Source: Dehalococcoidia bacterium (lineage in GTDB: Bacteria > Chloroflexota > Dehalococcoidia > Lucifugimonadales > UBA3495). Taken from it: DNA of 64,000 nt. Location: contig OZ244811.1 of NCBI GenBank assembly GCA_965220105.1, forward strand, positions 1,895,086 to 1,959,085. Reading direction: 5' to 3'. Under the pieces are notes generated by a model. That model was not told where the DNA came from, searched no databases, and saw only the letters and a program-made list of their open reading frames with translations. Shown here in pieces: positions 21,115 to 32,103 of the stretch (position 1 is the stretch's first letter; every line of letters starts with the position of its first letter). The position numbers were made by a program, and so were the translations under genes.

Positions 21115-21470
21115 GGGGACGCGCGGGTTCGACAGGGGCGGTCTCTGACGGATTGCAAGCCGAGGTTGCTGCTGCCCTCGTTAAAAACGGTGGCGAACAA
21201 GTAACTGGCGAACGTGAATTCGCTCTAGCCGCCTAACCGCGGCTACGTCTGCCACCGGGTTGCCCGAAGACCGGGACGCGGACGTACTATTTTTTCGGGA
21301 TGCTACTCTCACGACACCGATGATGGGAGCCACAGATTAATCGGTTGGCTGTAACGGAATCCCGTCGGCGGGAGCCCGCAACGGCGAGATCAAAGCGCCG
21401 AACAAGCTTGTAGCACATCTGGTCAGGGGAGTTTCTGGACGGGGAGTTCGACTCTCCCCCGTCTCCACCA
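21115..21470 (+). ncRNA. ssrA: tmRNA (SsrA)
   Basis: The 5-prime GGGGACG pairs with the 3-prime CGTCTCC-ACCA, including a G3:U pair. T-arm is GGGGAG-TTCGACT-CTCCCC. The internal tag frame ends ...GEQVTGEREFALAA-TAA (about 21192-21236). Confidence 0.93.
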
Positions 21471-21658
21471 TCCCGTCCAAATTCCCCATACGGGGTAGGC
21501 CATACATCGACTTCTTCACGGTAATTCGTTGCCTGCAGGAGGGCGTAGAAGGCCTTCTTGGGCCGGAATCCCACGACCTCCCGGTTTTCCAGATCAACGT
21601 AGATGTTGTGGAATACCGCCAGCAGCAAACGATTACGCTGGCCGGGGTTAGACGCTTG

Positions 21659-23020
21659 CTAAAGGTCGCCGAGGTCGTTCAGAATTTTTACCGCCTCCTC
21701 CGCGTCATCCAGTTCGGGGATGTAGATCGTGTTGAGTTCAGACTCAGTGTTGTCCTTGATGATCAAGTAACGATCCTTGGTGATGTCGCCCTCCAGGTAT
21801 AGTTCCCGGGCCCGCTCGATCTTTCTCTGGAGAGCCTCTCGTCGTTTGAGGGACTGGCTCCGGTCGGTTCCGTCGATGTAGTTTTCAATGATCCACTCAA
21901 CCCAGTCTGGTCGCAGTGTGAAACCGCCGAAGATCTGGTCAACCTGGTCCTCGAACACGCCACCCACGACCGACCGACCGACGTGGGGGCACTTTCTGTC
22001 CGTCCCCTTTCGTGGGACCACGTAGTAGGTCTGGCCGCTTCGCCCCTGCCTTTGGGACCACAGTTTTATCCCGCATTGGTGGCAACGCAGGAGCCCGGTG
22101 AGCATATGAGGGTTCTGGCTGGTTCGGCTGACGGAAACCGATTTCCGGGACCGGTTCTCTTTGATGAGTTCCTGGACGTCGAGAAACACGCCCACGTTGA
22201 CGAGAGGCTGATGGAGCCCAGAGTAGTATTCTCCCTTGTGGCGCACCTCTCCTATGAAAAAACGGTTGCTCAAAAGGTCGCGAACCGACCATCCAGTGAA
22301 AAGAGCTCCCTTGGCGGTTTCCGGATCCTCGGCGGTTCCATCGGCATCCCGGTCTGGCCGTCGTCTTCCTTTGGTCCGGAATCCCTTCCGGTTCAACTCC
22401 TCCGCGACTGTGCGGTATGAATGTGATCCGTTTCTGTACAGCTCAAATGCCTTGAGCATCTCGGGCCCGGCCACTGGGTCGATGTGGCATCCGGTGTGAT
22501 TCTGGTCAACGCCGATGCAATCTGCATCGCAACGTTCATAACCGAAAGGCGGCTCACCATTGAACATCCCTTGCATCGCCCGCTCTCGCATGCCCTTCTT
22601 GGTGTGGCCCGACAATGCATCGGAAAAATACTGGGCGAAAGCTCCCAGCATGGTCATGAACAACTTGCCTTCTGGCGTCGAGTAATCGATATCTTGCGTG
22701 ATGGACGCGTAGGTTACGCTGTGCTGAGAAAAGACGTGAAATGCGTCCAGCATGACGCGGAGGTTGCGTGAAAAGCGGTCCAGGGTGTGGGTGACGACAA
22801 CGTCGAACTTGCCCGCTGGGGCATCCGTCAACATTTGGCGGAAGACCGGGCGCTTGGCGCTGGATTCCGCCCACGCCGAGTGGCCTTCCTCCGTGTATAT
22901 GCCGACGACTTCCCACCCTTTCTGTGCGCAGAAGTCGTAGAAGGCCCGCCGTTGAGCATCCAGCGAATAGCCTTCCACCTGATCGTCGTCACTGACTCGA
23001 ATGTATGCCACCGCTCTCAT
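21659..23020 (-). CDS. Large serine recombinase (integrase), ended by an in-frame TAG
   Basis: N-terminus MRAVAYIRVSDDDQ with catalytic Ser, then recombinase and Zn-ribbon regions (CHQCG...C). After the TAG at 21659-21661 the same frame continues with a recombinase-like tail (LLLAVFHNIYVDLENREVVGFRPKKAFYALL). The start is one of several ATGs between 23020 and 23083. Confidence 0.9.
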   Translation of the reverse strand: MRAVAYIRVSDDDQVEGYSLDAQRRAFYDFCAQKGWEVVGIYTEEGHSAWAESSAKRPVFRQMLTDAPAGKFDVVVTHTLDRFSRNLRVMLDAFHVFSQHSVTYASITQDIDYSTPEGKLFMTMLGAFAQYFSDALSGHTKKGMRERAMQGMFNGEPPFGYERCDADCIGVDQNHTGCHIDPVAGPEMLKAFELYRNGSHSYRTVAEELNRKGFRTKGRRRPDRDADGTAEDPETAKGALFTGWSVRDLLSNRFFIGEVRHKGEYYSGLHQPLVNVGVFLDVQELIKENRSRKSVSVSRTSQNPHMLTGLLRCHQCGIKLWSQRQGRSGQTYYVVPRKGTDRKCPHVGRSVVGGVFEDQVDQIFGGFTLRPDWVEWIIENYIDGTDRSQSLKRREALQRKIERARELYLEGDITKDRYLIIKDNTESELNTIYIPELDDAEEAVKILNDLGDL

Positions 23021-23626
23021 CGTCATGCGCTCCATCATCGTCATTGTCCAGCATTGTACGCTCCGAACGCCGCTTTGCCTCAAGGTACTCGCGGACGACC
23101 TCTCCCACTTCCGCCAGGAGACCCATGATCTCCGGCGGGGGGAGTGCTGCTGGCTTTGTGTGTTTGGCCTTGCGTGGCATTGGCACTAGAGCCTCGCCAC
23201 CGGTTGAATGGGGACACCGAACCGTGTCGTGCCCCAATGGTAGTGAAACAGGTCGACTTTCTCGATTTTCACCGCTGCAACGGGCTATTCCCCGCAGTAA
23301 AGACCGACCGGTTCCCGTCGCTGTGCTCTGACCAACGGGGCAGGCGTAGAGATGAGCAGCGGAACGCGTACGGTCAGCACGGACGCATCGTGCTTCCCTG
23401 CCACTACAGCGTAAGCAATGCCGCTGTGTAAGTGGCATTTGTGAGATTCGAACCGTTGTTGGACTGGCCAGTCGCCGAGGCGACAGCACAGCCGCATTGG
23501 GCATGGATTCCAACCCATCTGGATTCGAGAGCCCCAACGTGCACCGAACATGTCTGGGGGAGTTCCGCCGTTATGGTTGGTCAGCCACTGCCTGGGTTCG
23601 GTCATTACTGTGATGCAGGCACCGAC

Positions 23627-24604
23627 TAAGAGCCTATCCTAAAAACTGGTGGAAACTTGCAGGGGGAGTTGCGGGAAGGCAAGCTGGGGTTGGGGCTAGA
23701 CTGGGGGAATGACGAAAGCTAAAGACCCCAAGCCGCCGCGTCCGAAGCGTGCTGGCCCTGCCACCAAGACCAACCCCACCACTGGCTCCTTTCAGGTATC
23801 CGACGAGCTCTGGGAAGCGCTGGAGCCCCTGATCCCCGAGCATGTGAACACCCATCGGTTCGGCGGCGGCCGGCCCCGGGTTCCTGACCGCACCTGCGCC
23901 AATGGCCTCTTCTACGTGCTGCGCACCGGCGGTCAGTGGAAGGCGTTGGACGCCACGGGCATCTGCTCCGGCTCCACCGCCCACCTGCGCTTTCAGGAAT
24001 GGGTCGCCGCTGGGGTGTTTCTGGAGCTGTGGCGGGTTGGGCTGGAACGCTATGACGAACTGAAGGGGCTGGACTGGAGTTGGGTGAGCATGGACGGGGC
24101 CATGACCAAATCACCCTTGGGCGGGGAAAAAAACCGGCGCCAATCCCACTGACCGAGGTAAAGGCGGCGTCAAGCGCCGCCGGTTGACCGAAGCTGAGGG
24201 CATTCCGGTGGGTCTGGCGGTGGACGGCGCCAACCGTCATGACATGAAGCTGGTACGGGCCACGGTGGAAAGTCTGCCCGTGCCCCGACCGGCGTCCACT
24301 CCGGACCAACCCCAGGGCAGGTGCCTGGACAAAGGCTATGACTTTGACGAGGTGCGCCGCACGTTGGAGGAGTTCGGCTTCACCGCTCACATTCGTAGCC
24401 GAGGTGAAGCGGCAAAGGCCATCAAGCGGGCGGCTGGGTTCAAGGCGCGGCGCTGGGTGGTGGAACGAACCCACGGCTGGCTGAACCGTTTCCGGCGCAT
24501 CCTGGTGCGCTGGGACAAGTCCCCTGACAACTACATCGCCTTTCTGCATTTCCCTTGCGCCCTTATCGCCCTCAGAGCCGCCAGGTTATTAGGATAGGCT
24601 CTTA
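23627..24604 (+). mobile_element. IS5-family (IS427-group-like) insertion sequence
   Basis: Perfect 16-bp terminal inverted repeats TAAGAGCCTATCCTAA (23627-23642) and TTAGGATAGGCTCTTA (24589-24604). Confidence 0.85.
23709..24597 (+). CDS. IS5-family transposase (two frames joined by -1 slippage at an A7 run)
   Basis: ORFs 23709-24152 and 24184-24597. The slippery GGGGAAAAAAACC lies at about 24123-24135. A DDE-type C-terminal region is present (VDGANRHD, DKGYD, VERTHGWLN). Confidence 0.85.
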
Positions 24605-24670
24605 TTCGCAAGTGATCACGCGACGTGGGGGCTGTCGAGGTTCCTAGCAAACCGCTGCTCCCGAGAATTC

Positions 24671-25234
24671 ATGCGTATGTGTCTGCAAGACCATTCACAT
24701 CTGTTAGAGCACGTCTCTAGCCCAAGAACGATGCTGAAATATGCACCAGAAGTCGACCTCGCCGTTCGTCTGCACGAGTTTGAACTCCTGCCTGAGGCCA
24801 AACGGAAGGATTTGATCGACAAGGCAAGCGAGTCCTTTCTCGATGGTAGGGATGCAGGCGCATTGGTAAGCGACCAAATCAGAGCCCTATATCGTGATGG
24901 AGAATTGGAGGATCTGATTCAACGCATCAAGGATGAGCTTGTGCCGAACCTCGATGAAATGCGGGACAGCGAAGAGTGGAATTGGGACGAAGAAACTGAT
25001 CCTGACGATTGGATGCGACCGTTGGAAGAGGTCCTCCGGGCGATGGATACTTACTTTCAAGATGAGCCATGTATCTCTGCCCTTGTCGGCGATCAGTTGA
25101 CCATGCTTCAAATTTGGATCGACGACCACCCCTACGTCGAAAACGAGCGGGAGGAGAAGTTAATCGGACGCGTAGAACTCCCGGTTGCCCCTGCTGGAAG
25201 CCGTAGCATCTTCGACGATATTGACGTGGAGTAA
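24671..25234 (+). CDS. Hypothetical acidic protein (possibly a 5-prime-truncated fragment)
   Basis: 187-aa ORF in a lower-GC stretch. The frame is open right up to the IS5 end at 24604. No recognisable motif. Confidence 0.4.
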   Translation: MRMCLQDHSHLLEHVSSPRTMLKYAPEVDLAVRLHEFELLPEAKRKDLIDKASESFLDGRDAGALVSDQIRALYRDGELEDLIQRIKDELVPNLDEMRDSEEWNWDEETDPDDWMRPLEEVLRAMDTYFQDEPCISALVGDQLTMLQIWIDDHPYVENEREEKLIGRVELPVAPAGSRSIFDDIDVE

Positions 25235-25290
25235 TCATCGACCGTCACCGCATCGGACGGTGCGTCATCTTGGCACATCGGATCCTCTCG

Positions 25291-28200
25291 TCAAATCCGC
25301 ACAACCTCAGGCTCGTTGGCGCCCCGCTCGTTCGCCGCGTCCACGAACCAATCTACGATCTGGGGGTGGCAAGTGAAGACCAGCACCTGGTTGGTCTCGG
25401 AGAGTTCGATGAATGAGCCGGCTGCTTTGGTGCCGCGGGTTGGGTCGAAGTTGACCAGGGCCTCGTCCACGATCACCGGGAGGCGTTCCGAGTGCTGGCC
25501 CATTTCCAGGATCAGGCCGAACCGCAGGGCGAGGAACAACTGCTCGCGGGTGCCGCGGCTGAGCTGCTGGGGTGTCCTGACGTTGCCGGCGGCGTCCGTG
25601 ACGTTTATCTCGGAACTGCCCAGCGGTGAAAAGACGGTTTGGTACGCGCCATCGGTGACGTCGCGGAAGAAGCGCTCGGCGTGGCGGATCACGTCGGGCT
25701 GCCGTTCCTTCTCGAACTTGCTCTGCGCCTGCCGGATCAGGTTCTCGGCAACGGCGCGCACCGCCCAGTCCCGCGCGTTTCCCTGCAACTCTTCGGAGAG
25801 CCGATGACGCTCCAATCGCAGCCGCGATGAGTCCTCCTCGCTGGCGAGCCCGTCCAGCGTGGTCCGGATGGAGCCGCGCTCGGTGTCAAGTTCAGACCTG
25901 AGCGCTTCTATATCTTCAAGCTCCGTGTCGCGCTGCCGGATGTCGTCGCGGATGGACTGAACGTCGGTTTTGGCCAGTGTGTCCCGCAGCGTGTCCAACG
26001 CCTCGCCCGGCCCACTGATGCGCTGCATCTGCTCCAAGGCGCCGGACATTGTTGCGGTCAGGGCAGTCCGCTCTTGGAAACACGGTCGAGCCTGCGGAAG
26101 TCGTCCGCGTCCCTGGCCTCGCCGCTTTTCAGCAGGGCCGTGATTGCGTCAGAAACCTCTTGTTGGCCCTTCTGCCGCGTCTCCAGTTCCTTCTCGGCAT
26201 CATCGCGAGTTCGCGCCGCCTCGGTAACGTCGCGATGCAGGTCGATGATGTCGTCGGCCACGCCGGCGACCCTGGGGTAGTCGCTCCACTCCGCCGCAAA
26301 TCCGTGGTCTTCCGCCAGCGGTCGGGCCATGGCGATGAATTCATCGATATCCGTCTGGATGGCGGCGATGCGATTTTCCATTTCCACCACTTCGCGGTGG
26401 TGGGTTCGCGCCAGGTCCACCAGGGTACGCAGTTCCTGAATGCTGTCGGGCAGGAAGGTGTTCAGCAAACCGCGTTGCTGGAGCCAGGCTTGCCACGCCT
26501 GCTGCTCGGCTTCCATGGCCACCCCAGCGTCCTGCACGGCCTGCTGTGCGTCATCCCGCCGCTGCGTCTGGCGCTCGACGCGTTCGGTCGCCTGAGCCAG
26601 CGTGGCTTCCAGTTCCCGCCATTCCCTGAGCCTCGCGTCAGCCGCGTCCAGTCCTTCCTCGGCTTCCAGCAACGTGTTCGCGTTGACGGCTTCCAGTCCC
26701 AGTGCGTCGGCGTCCGATTGGAGACGCGAACGGATTCCCGCCAACTGCTCGTCGGCGTCGCGGATCTGTCCGCGCACCCGCGCCGCCGCTGGCGAGGCGG
26801 TGGGCTGTCCTTCAGCGCGACCCCTGATGAACCAGAAAACCGCCACCGTGGCCAGCACCGCGCCGATGGCAGCCAGGATCGCGCCGGCTCCGAAGGTGGT
26901 GGCCGCCGCCAGCCAGAGGCCGGCCACCAGCAGAACGACGCCCAATACTCCCAGCGCCCCGCCAGCACTCGGGACCCGACGTGTGGCGACCCCGCCGCGC
27001 CGGGTTCAGGCTCATCGGCAATCTGCGCTTGCAGGTCCCGGCTCCGGTCTTCGGCACGGCCCAATTCGTCCAGCGTGGTTCTGGACTGTCGGATACGCCG
27101 GCGGCGTTCACGGATGTCGTTTTCGTCCTGTTCGAGAGGTGTGGCGGCATTCCGTTCGGCTTGCGCTCGCTGCGCGCCTTCCGCGGCGTCCGACAGCGTC
27201 GCTTCATCTTGCGCCAACGCCGTCTGAGATCTATCGACGGCCGCCCGGGCGTTCTGGAGCCGTTCGCCGTGGTTGGCGACTTCCTCGCGCACCACCAGCG
27301 ACAGGTCGAATCGGTCGAGGCGGTCCGTGTTCAAGTCGGGCCCCAGGTTCGCCAGCGAGGTTTCCAGCTCGGAGCGCTTGCTGGCGAGTTCGGCCCGTCG
27401 CTCGGGCAGGTCTTTCACCGATTGGTCGAACGCGCTGCGGGCATACGCCAAGTCGCGCACCTCGCTTGAGCGCTCAGGATCGTCAGATGCTCGATGTCCT
27501 CGTCAACGCTGGCCCTAATGCGCTTGACCCGATCCTCCGCGGCGGACAATTCCTCGCGGGCAGTTTCGGCCTGCGCCTCCAGCGTTTCCAAGCGGATGAC
27601 GCCATTCTCAGGGAACGCCTCCACCGACGGCAGCTCTTTCAGTCGTTGTTCCGCACTGACCAACACGTTCCAGTGGTCCCACGCGTCAATCAAGTTTCCG
27701 TGCCGGTCACTTTCCGACATGAGTCGCAAACGCCGATCAGCCAACCTTTGGTATTCTCGGTCGATTTCTGCCAGCCGGTCCGATTGCCGGCGATATGCGG
27801 TGGCGTGGCCCGCCACCTCCTGCAGATTGGAATCAGTCTGCTCGATACTTTGAGCAGTACGTGCAACTGATTGGTTCCTTCCGCTCGGCAGAAATATCTC
27901 CCTCTTCTGGCGATCCAGTGCCGCCAACGCGTCGGGCAGTCTCATCGCTCCGATGCCGGCGCTGTAGATCTGCAGGTTGACACTTTCATCGCTGAGTCGG
28001 TTCTGATCGTTCAGCTCGTCCAGCGTGAACGCGAAGATACCTTCGAACACGCTCCGCGAATGGTTCCCCAGCAACCTCTGGAGTTCGCTGGCCACAAGTG
28101 TCTCGCCGGCGCCGGCGGTGAGGGATACGGGCCCGTCGCCCCGTCCCGGCGTCCGGTCGATGGTGATGACGTCCCCTGCGTCGGTGGCTATGGTGATCCG

Positions 28201-28413
28201 ACCGCCGTGTCGCCCGCCCGCCAGGGCCGGATAGTCGTTGCCTCGGTTGCGGCCGCTGGGAAACCCGAACAGTATCCGACGGATAAACTCCAGCAGCGTG
28301 CTCTTGCCCGCTTCGTTGGGGCCGTAGAACACCGTTACCGGACGTTCCAAGGGGCCGAAAGCGCGGTCGGCAAACCGCCCGAAACCGTCGATGTGCAGGC
28401 CTGTTATTCTCAT
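25291..28413 (-). pseudogene. SbcC/YhaN(SbcE)-like SMC-type ATPase, split by three single-nt frameshifts
   Basis: N-terminal Walker A (GPNEAGKST), coiled coils, two hydrophobic helices, and C-terminal signature and Walker B (LSRGTREQL, VIVDEALVNFD). The parts lie in 4 ORFs (27415-28413, 26462-27460, 26058-26945, 25291-26049). The shifts map to homopolymers near 27477, 26972 and 26079. Confidence 0.8.
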
Positions 28414-29666
28414 CAGCGGTCGTCCTCGGCCAGCAGGTTCACGGCCAGCGCCTCCGCCTCGTCAAGCAGCACCGCCATCTCCGCTTCGGTCAGAGCGGCG
28501 AGATGCTGCCTGAATCGCCGGTGCTGGTAAAGTTCAGCCAGTCCATCCTGTAGCGCGGCGGGGTCTTGCCTGATCTGATCGGCGGTGCGCAGCACCTCGG
28601 CCAGGAAGTCCTCGCCGGACCGCAGGGCATTGCGGTCAACGGCCGCCGCCGTTTCGTCCTGGATTCGTTCGCACCACACAAACGGCAACCGTTCAGCCCA
28701 CTGTTCGTTAACGCCCGCCAGGAGATCATCCACCGCACCGGGTTGGCGCAGAAACTGGTTCAACTCGCCCCTGCCGTTCAGGGTCATACGAACCACCACC
28801 GACCTGCCTTGTGCGCCGTCCAGCAGGCCTTGCATCCCATCGTCAATGGCATCCAGCATGTCCTGCTCAGTCTCCAGTGCGCTGATGTCTATGCTTAACT
28901 GTTCCCATCGCACGGTGTCCGTCGCGCGAAAATCCAGATTGATGCTCCCGCTTGCATCCACCTCCACCAGATAGACGCCCCGCGCTCCCTGCTCGTTGGG
29001 GTGCCGACCCTGGGGATTGCCGGGATACACCACCGTGGGGGTTCGCTCCCGCATGACCTGGCGAGTGTGAACGTGGCCCAGCGCCCAGTAGTCGATACCC
29101 GACTGCGCCAGGTCGTCCAGTGAGCAAGGGGCGTACAGGTCGTGGTCGGGATTGCCGCCCACGTGGGCGTGCAGCAGGCCGACCGTGAATTTCGCAGCGT
29201 CCACGTGCCCAAGCCGGGCGACGAGGTTGTCGTACACGTCCCGGGTGGGATAACTGACGCCGTAAACCAACCCGCGCTCCGGCGCATCCGGAAAGATCGG
29301 GACCGCTTCGAATTCAGGGCCAAACCGGTGGCAACCGTCCGGATACGACAACTGCACTTCCCAACCGTCCAGCGGGTCGTGATTGCCGTGGCAAACGAAG
29401 GACCGTATGCCGGCGGCGTCCAGGCTGCGCAGGCCGTCGATGAAGGCCTGTTGGGCGCGCAGGCTGCGGTCCGCGCCGTCGTAGATGTCGCCGGCGACCA
29501 GCAGAGCATCCACGCTTTCGGAAATGCAGAGATCGACGATGTTTCGGTAGGAATCGAAGGTTGCTGAGTAGAGCGCCCTGGCTACATTTTCGGGCGCTGC
29601 TGCCCTGATACCCCTGAACGGACTGTCCAGGTGGAGATCAGCGGCATGGATAAATCGAAAGGCCAT
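28413..29666 (-). CDS. SbcD/YhaO(SbcF)-like metallophosphoesterase nuclease
   Basis: Motifs MAFRFIHAADLHLD, GDIYD, GNHD and GHVH. The stop overlaps the ATPase start (ATGA). Confidence 0.85.
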   Translation of the reverse strand: MAFRFIHAADLHLDSPFRGIRAAAPENVARALYSATFDSYRNIVDLCISESVDALLVAGDIYDGADRSLRAQQAFIDGLRSLDAAGIRSFVCHGNHDPLDGWEVQLSYPDGCHRFGPEFEAVPIFPDAPERGLVYGVSYPTRDVYDNLVARLGHVDAAKFTVGLLHAHVGGNPDHDLYAPCSLDDLAQSGIDYWALGHVHTRQVMRERTPTVVYPGNPQGRHPNEQGARGVYLVEVDASGSINLDFRATDTVRWEQLSIDISALETEQDMLDAIDDGMQGLLDGAQGRSVVVRMTLNGRGELNQFLRQPGAVDDLLAGVNEQWAERLPFVWCERIQDETAAAVDRNALRSGEDFLAEVLRTADQIRQDPAALQDGLAELYQHRRFRQHLAALTEAEMAVLLDEAEALAVNLLAEDDR

Positions 29667-29897
29667 ATCGGAACGCACACCCCATCTTCATCGGGTTTTG
29701 CCACCTCACTGGTGAGGGCCGACACAATGTACGTTCGTCGAAGAGGCAGGTCAACCACAGGATGTCACTGTGTGCCTCGCACTTCATTGATCTGCCTTCA
29801 CCATGAAACGCCCTATACATCGCGCCGTTGAGCAAGCCTTGACCTATCTTCGAAGTCGTCGGCGCAATGGAACCACGCTGAATCGGGAGCGAGATTG

Positions 29898-30125
29898 ATG
29901 GTCACCGGAAAGGAGCAGTTCACGGGACAGGTACCCCCTGAACTGCTGGCCTCGATACGGGAGATAGCCCTCGAAGGAGGTCATGATTTCAAGGCGACGC
30001 TGGAAGATGCGACGCGACTGCACGCTGAATGCAAGACTCGTAATGAGGTACAGCCCGACGCGATCGCTCATTTCCGAGCCAGCTTGGAGCGCAACCGTCG
30101 TCTCTACGAGTTGCTGGCCCAATGA
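29898..30125 (+). CDS. Ribbon-helix-helix-like small protein
   Basis: 75 aa. The strand-helix-helix pattern (FTGQVPPELLASIREIALEGG..FKATLEDATRL) is read by eye. Divergent from the yhaO-like gene. Confidence 0.4.
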   Translation: MVTGKEQFTGQVPPELLASIREIALEGGHDFKATLEDATRLHAECKTRNEVQPDAIAHFRASLERNRRLYELLAQ

Positions 30126-30204
30126 CGCGCCGGTTCCTCGCCGTAGAAACCGTGCTGACGATACATGGGGTCTTTTTGGGCTGCACTCATGGGGCGGCGT
30201 CCGC

Positions 30205-30613
30205 TCATCGTAGGCCGCCGGTCCAATCCAGTATGCGGCGGTCGGCGGTTACCAGTTGGTGGCCGTGCATGGCGGTGGCGACGATGATACGGTCGGCCGG
30301 GTCGGCGTGGAAATCGGGAAGTTCGTTGGCGCGGATGCCGATCTCGCCGTCCACGGGGATCTCGGTCAGGCCCTGGCCCAACTGCTCCAGCCGCCACCGG
30401 CTCACGTCGTCTGGGTATTCGATGCGCCCCTTCTCCCTGAGCGTCGCCATCTCCCAGAATTACATGGCCGACATGGCGACTTCCCCAGCCTGCCAGGCCC
30501 GCTCAATTTCAGCGCGCGCCACCGAACCCAGCCTGGCGTCGCCGGCCCTCAACCACACGGCGGCGTGAGTATCCAGCAGGGCACGGGTTGAGCACCCGAT
30601 CAGGGTCCGACTG
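30205..30613 (-). pseudogene. vapC: PIN-domain VapC toxin with in-frame TAA
   Basis: The frame reads ...ALLDTHAAVW...VAMSAM-TAA-FWEMATL...DPADRIIVATA...LVTADRRIL. The stop codon is at 30460-30462. The start is uncertain. Confidence 0.75.
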
Positions 30614-30868
30614 GGCTTCCCATTCAACGTCTATGGGCGAGATGATGTCGCCAGTTATTTTCAGACGCCCCTTGTCGATACCGAACAGCGTCTTGGGCCG
30701 CTCGTGAAAGGCGGTCAGCTTGGCCACGGGCCTGCCATTCTTGGTGATGACGATCTCGCCGCCGTTCTCGGCCACCTCATCCATCAGCGCAAGGCACTTC
30801 GCCTTGAATTCCGATGCCTTCATGGTCCGGCTCTGGCCGGTGCCGCCGCTGTGGGTGGTCATAGTCAT
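30509..30868 (-). CDS. Phd/YefM-type antitoxin (3-prime extended over the dead toxin)
   Basis: Reads MKASEFKAKCLALMDEV...EIVITKNGRPVAKL...ISPIDVEWEA. The ORF runs on into the vapC region. Confidence 0.75.
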   Translation of the reverse strand: MTMTTHSGGTGQSRTMKASEFKAKCLALMDEVAENGGEIVITKNGRPVAKLTAFHERPKTLFGIDKGRLKITGDIISPIDVEWEAQSDPDRVLNPCPAGYSRRRVVEGRRRQAGFGGAR

Positions 30869-31099
30869 CGCTCCTGTGAGACGGGTGCGGCTATCGCTAC
30901 TGCATTATACAGTGGTCATGACCATGGTCACCAACGCCCGAACGGGACCGGATTGCCAACGTGACCTTATCGTCGCGATCAACCCAGGATCAATGTTGGG
31001 ACCCGCTGAGCAAATCAGATATATGATGGACGGCGCGCCCTTCACTGTCCGGCGTCCACCAGATTTGCCGACTTCTGGGCCATACAGACAATACAAACG

Positions 31100-31435
31100 A
31101 TGGCAAAGCTTGTCCCTATGAATCATCCGATGCAAGGCAAAATCTGTCTCATCACCGGCGGCAGCGATGGCATCGGCTACGCTGCATCCCGCGAACTGGC
31201 CCGCATGGGCGCCAGGGTGGTCATCGTGGGCCGCAACTCCGCCAAGACCCAAGCCGCAGTGCGGGAGATCATCGCCGATACGGACAACCCGGCAGTGGAG
31301 TGCCTGTTGGCCGACCTTTCGTCCCAGAGTGAGGTGCGTCGGGTCGCCGCCGAGGCGATGGAACTGGTGCCCCATCTGCATGTGCTGCTGAACAATGCCG
31401 GTGCCATCTTCCTGTCCGACAGGCGCATCGCCGAG
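31100..31435 (+). pseudogene. SDR-family oxidoreductase, N-terminal fragment
   Basis: TGGSDGIG Rossmann motif and NNAG are present. The ORF is cut after about 112 codons by an IS21-type end. Confidence 0.75.
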
Positions 31436-31925
31436 TGTCAATGTATAGGGACTATAGTCCAGCGAATTGAGGAACAGTTTTACATCTCGACACAGTCTAC
31501 ACCGCGACTATGCCGCCGACTTTTGAGACAGGCTCGAATGGAGATATACGCGCGCGTTCGCCGGGCCTGCCTGGCGGAGGGGATGAGTGTTCGAGAAGCC
31601 TCGCGCGTGTTCGGCGTGCACCGGAACACGGTGCGCAAGATGTGGACCTACGCAGTTCCGCTCGTGTACCGACCTGAGAATCCGCCATGGAGTCCCAAGC
31701 TTGAGCCCTACACCGGCGTGGTTGGCGCTATCGTGGAGGCTGATGCCAGAGTCCAGGAAACAGCGTCACACGGCCAAGCGCATCTTCGAGCGGCTCAGGA
31801 GAGAGTACGGGTTCGCTGGTCAGCACACCATCGTCAAGGACTATGCCAAGGAGCGCCGGCGGTGGACGCAGGAGGTGCTCGTGACGTTGTTCCACGCTCC
31901 TGCCCACTCCCAGTGCGATTTCGGC
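31436..31925 (+). mobile_element. IS21-family fragment (left end plus IstA N-terminus, frameshifted and truncated)
   Basis: Begins TGTCA. IstA-like MEIYARVRRA..GMSVREASRVFGVHRNTVRKM, then in another frame RKQRHTAKRIFERL...HSQCDFGE. Similarity stops near 31925. Confidence 0.7.
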
Positions 31926-32103
31926 GAGATGGTTCCGCCTGAGGGGCCGGCCCCAGCCGCTCATGGAGCGGGGTGGACATTGCTGATCAGCAGCCGGTCC
32001 AACCGTTGCCGGGCCCGCGAATGGCGCACCAGACGGTCCGGTCATTGGGCACCCACCGGAGATGATGGGGACGCGTTTGGCAAACGCGCCTCCCATTTTG
32101 CCG

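Noticed and set aside
21287-21628. 113-aa minus-strand ORF overlapping the tmRNA
   Set aside because: Its 3-prime two thirds is the antisense of the ssrA gene. Its 5-prime part is the in-frame continuation of the serine recombinase after the TAG. It is not an independent gene.
23430-23530. tRNA-like fragment (GGTTCGAATCTC on the minus strand) as a possible att remnant
   Set aside because: The flanking bases do not form a T-stem, acceptor or anticodon arm. It is likely a chance match.
22989-23537. 182-aa ORF upstream of the recombinase (possible excisionase/RDF in its last 63 codons)
   Set aside because: Most of the translation is Arg/Cys-rich and non-protein-like. The plausible 63-codon tail overlaps the recombinase start and has no recognisable HTH.
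23432-25234. A single gene split by the IS5 element (frames 23432-23626 and 24605-25234 are in phase and the IS is 978 = 3 x 326 bp)
   Set aside because: The upstream part translates to Trp/Cys/His-rich sequence unlike a real protein, and removing a target duplication would break the phase. This is probably coincidence.
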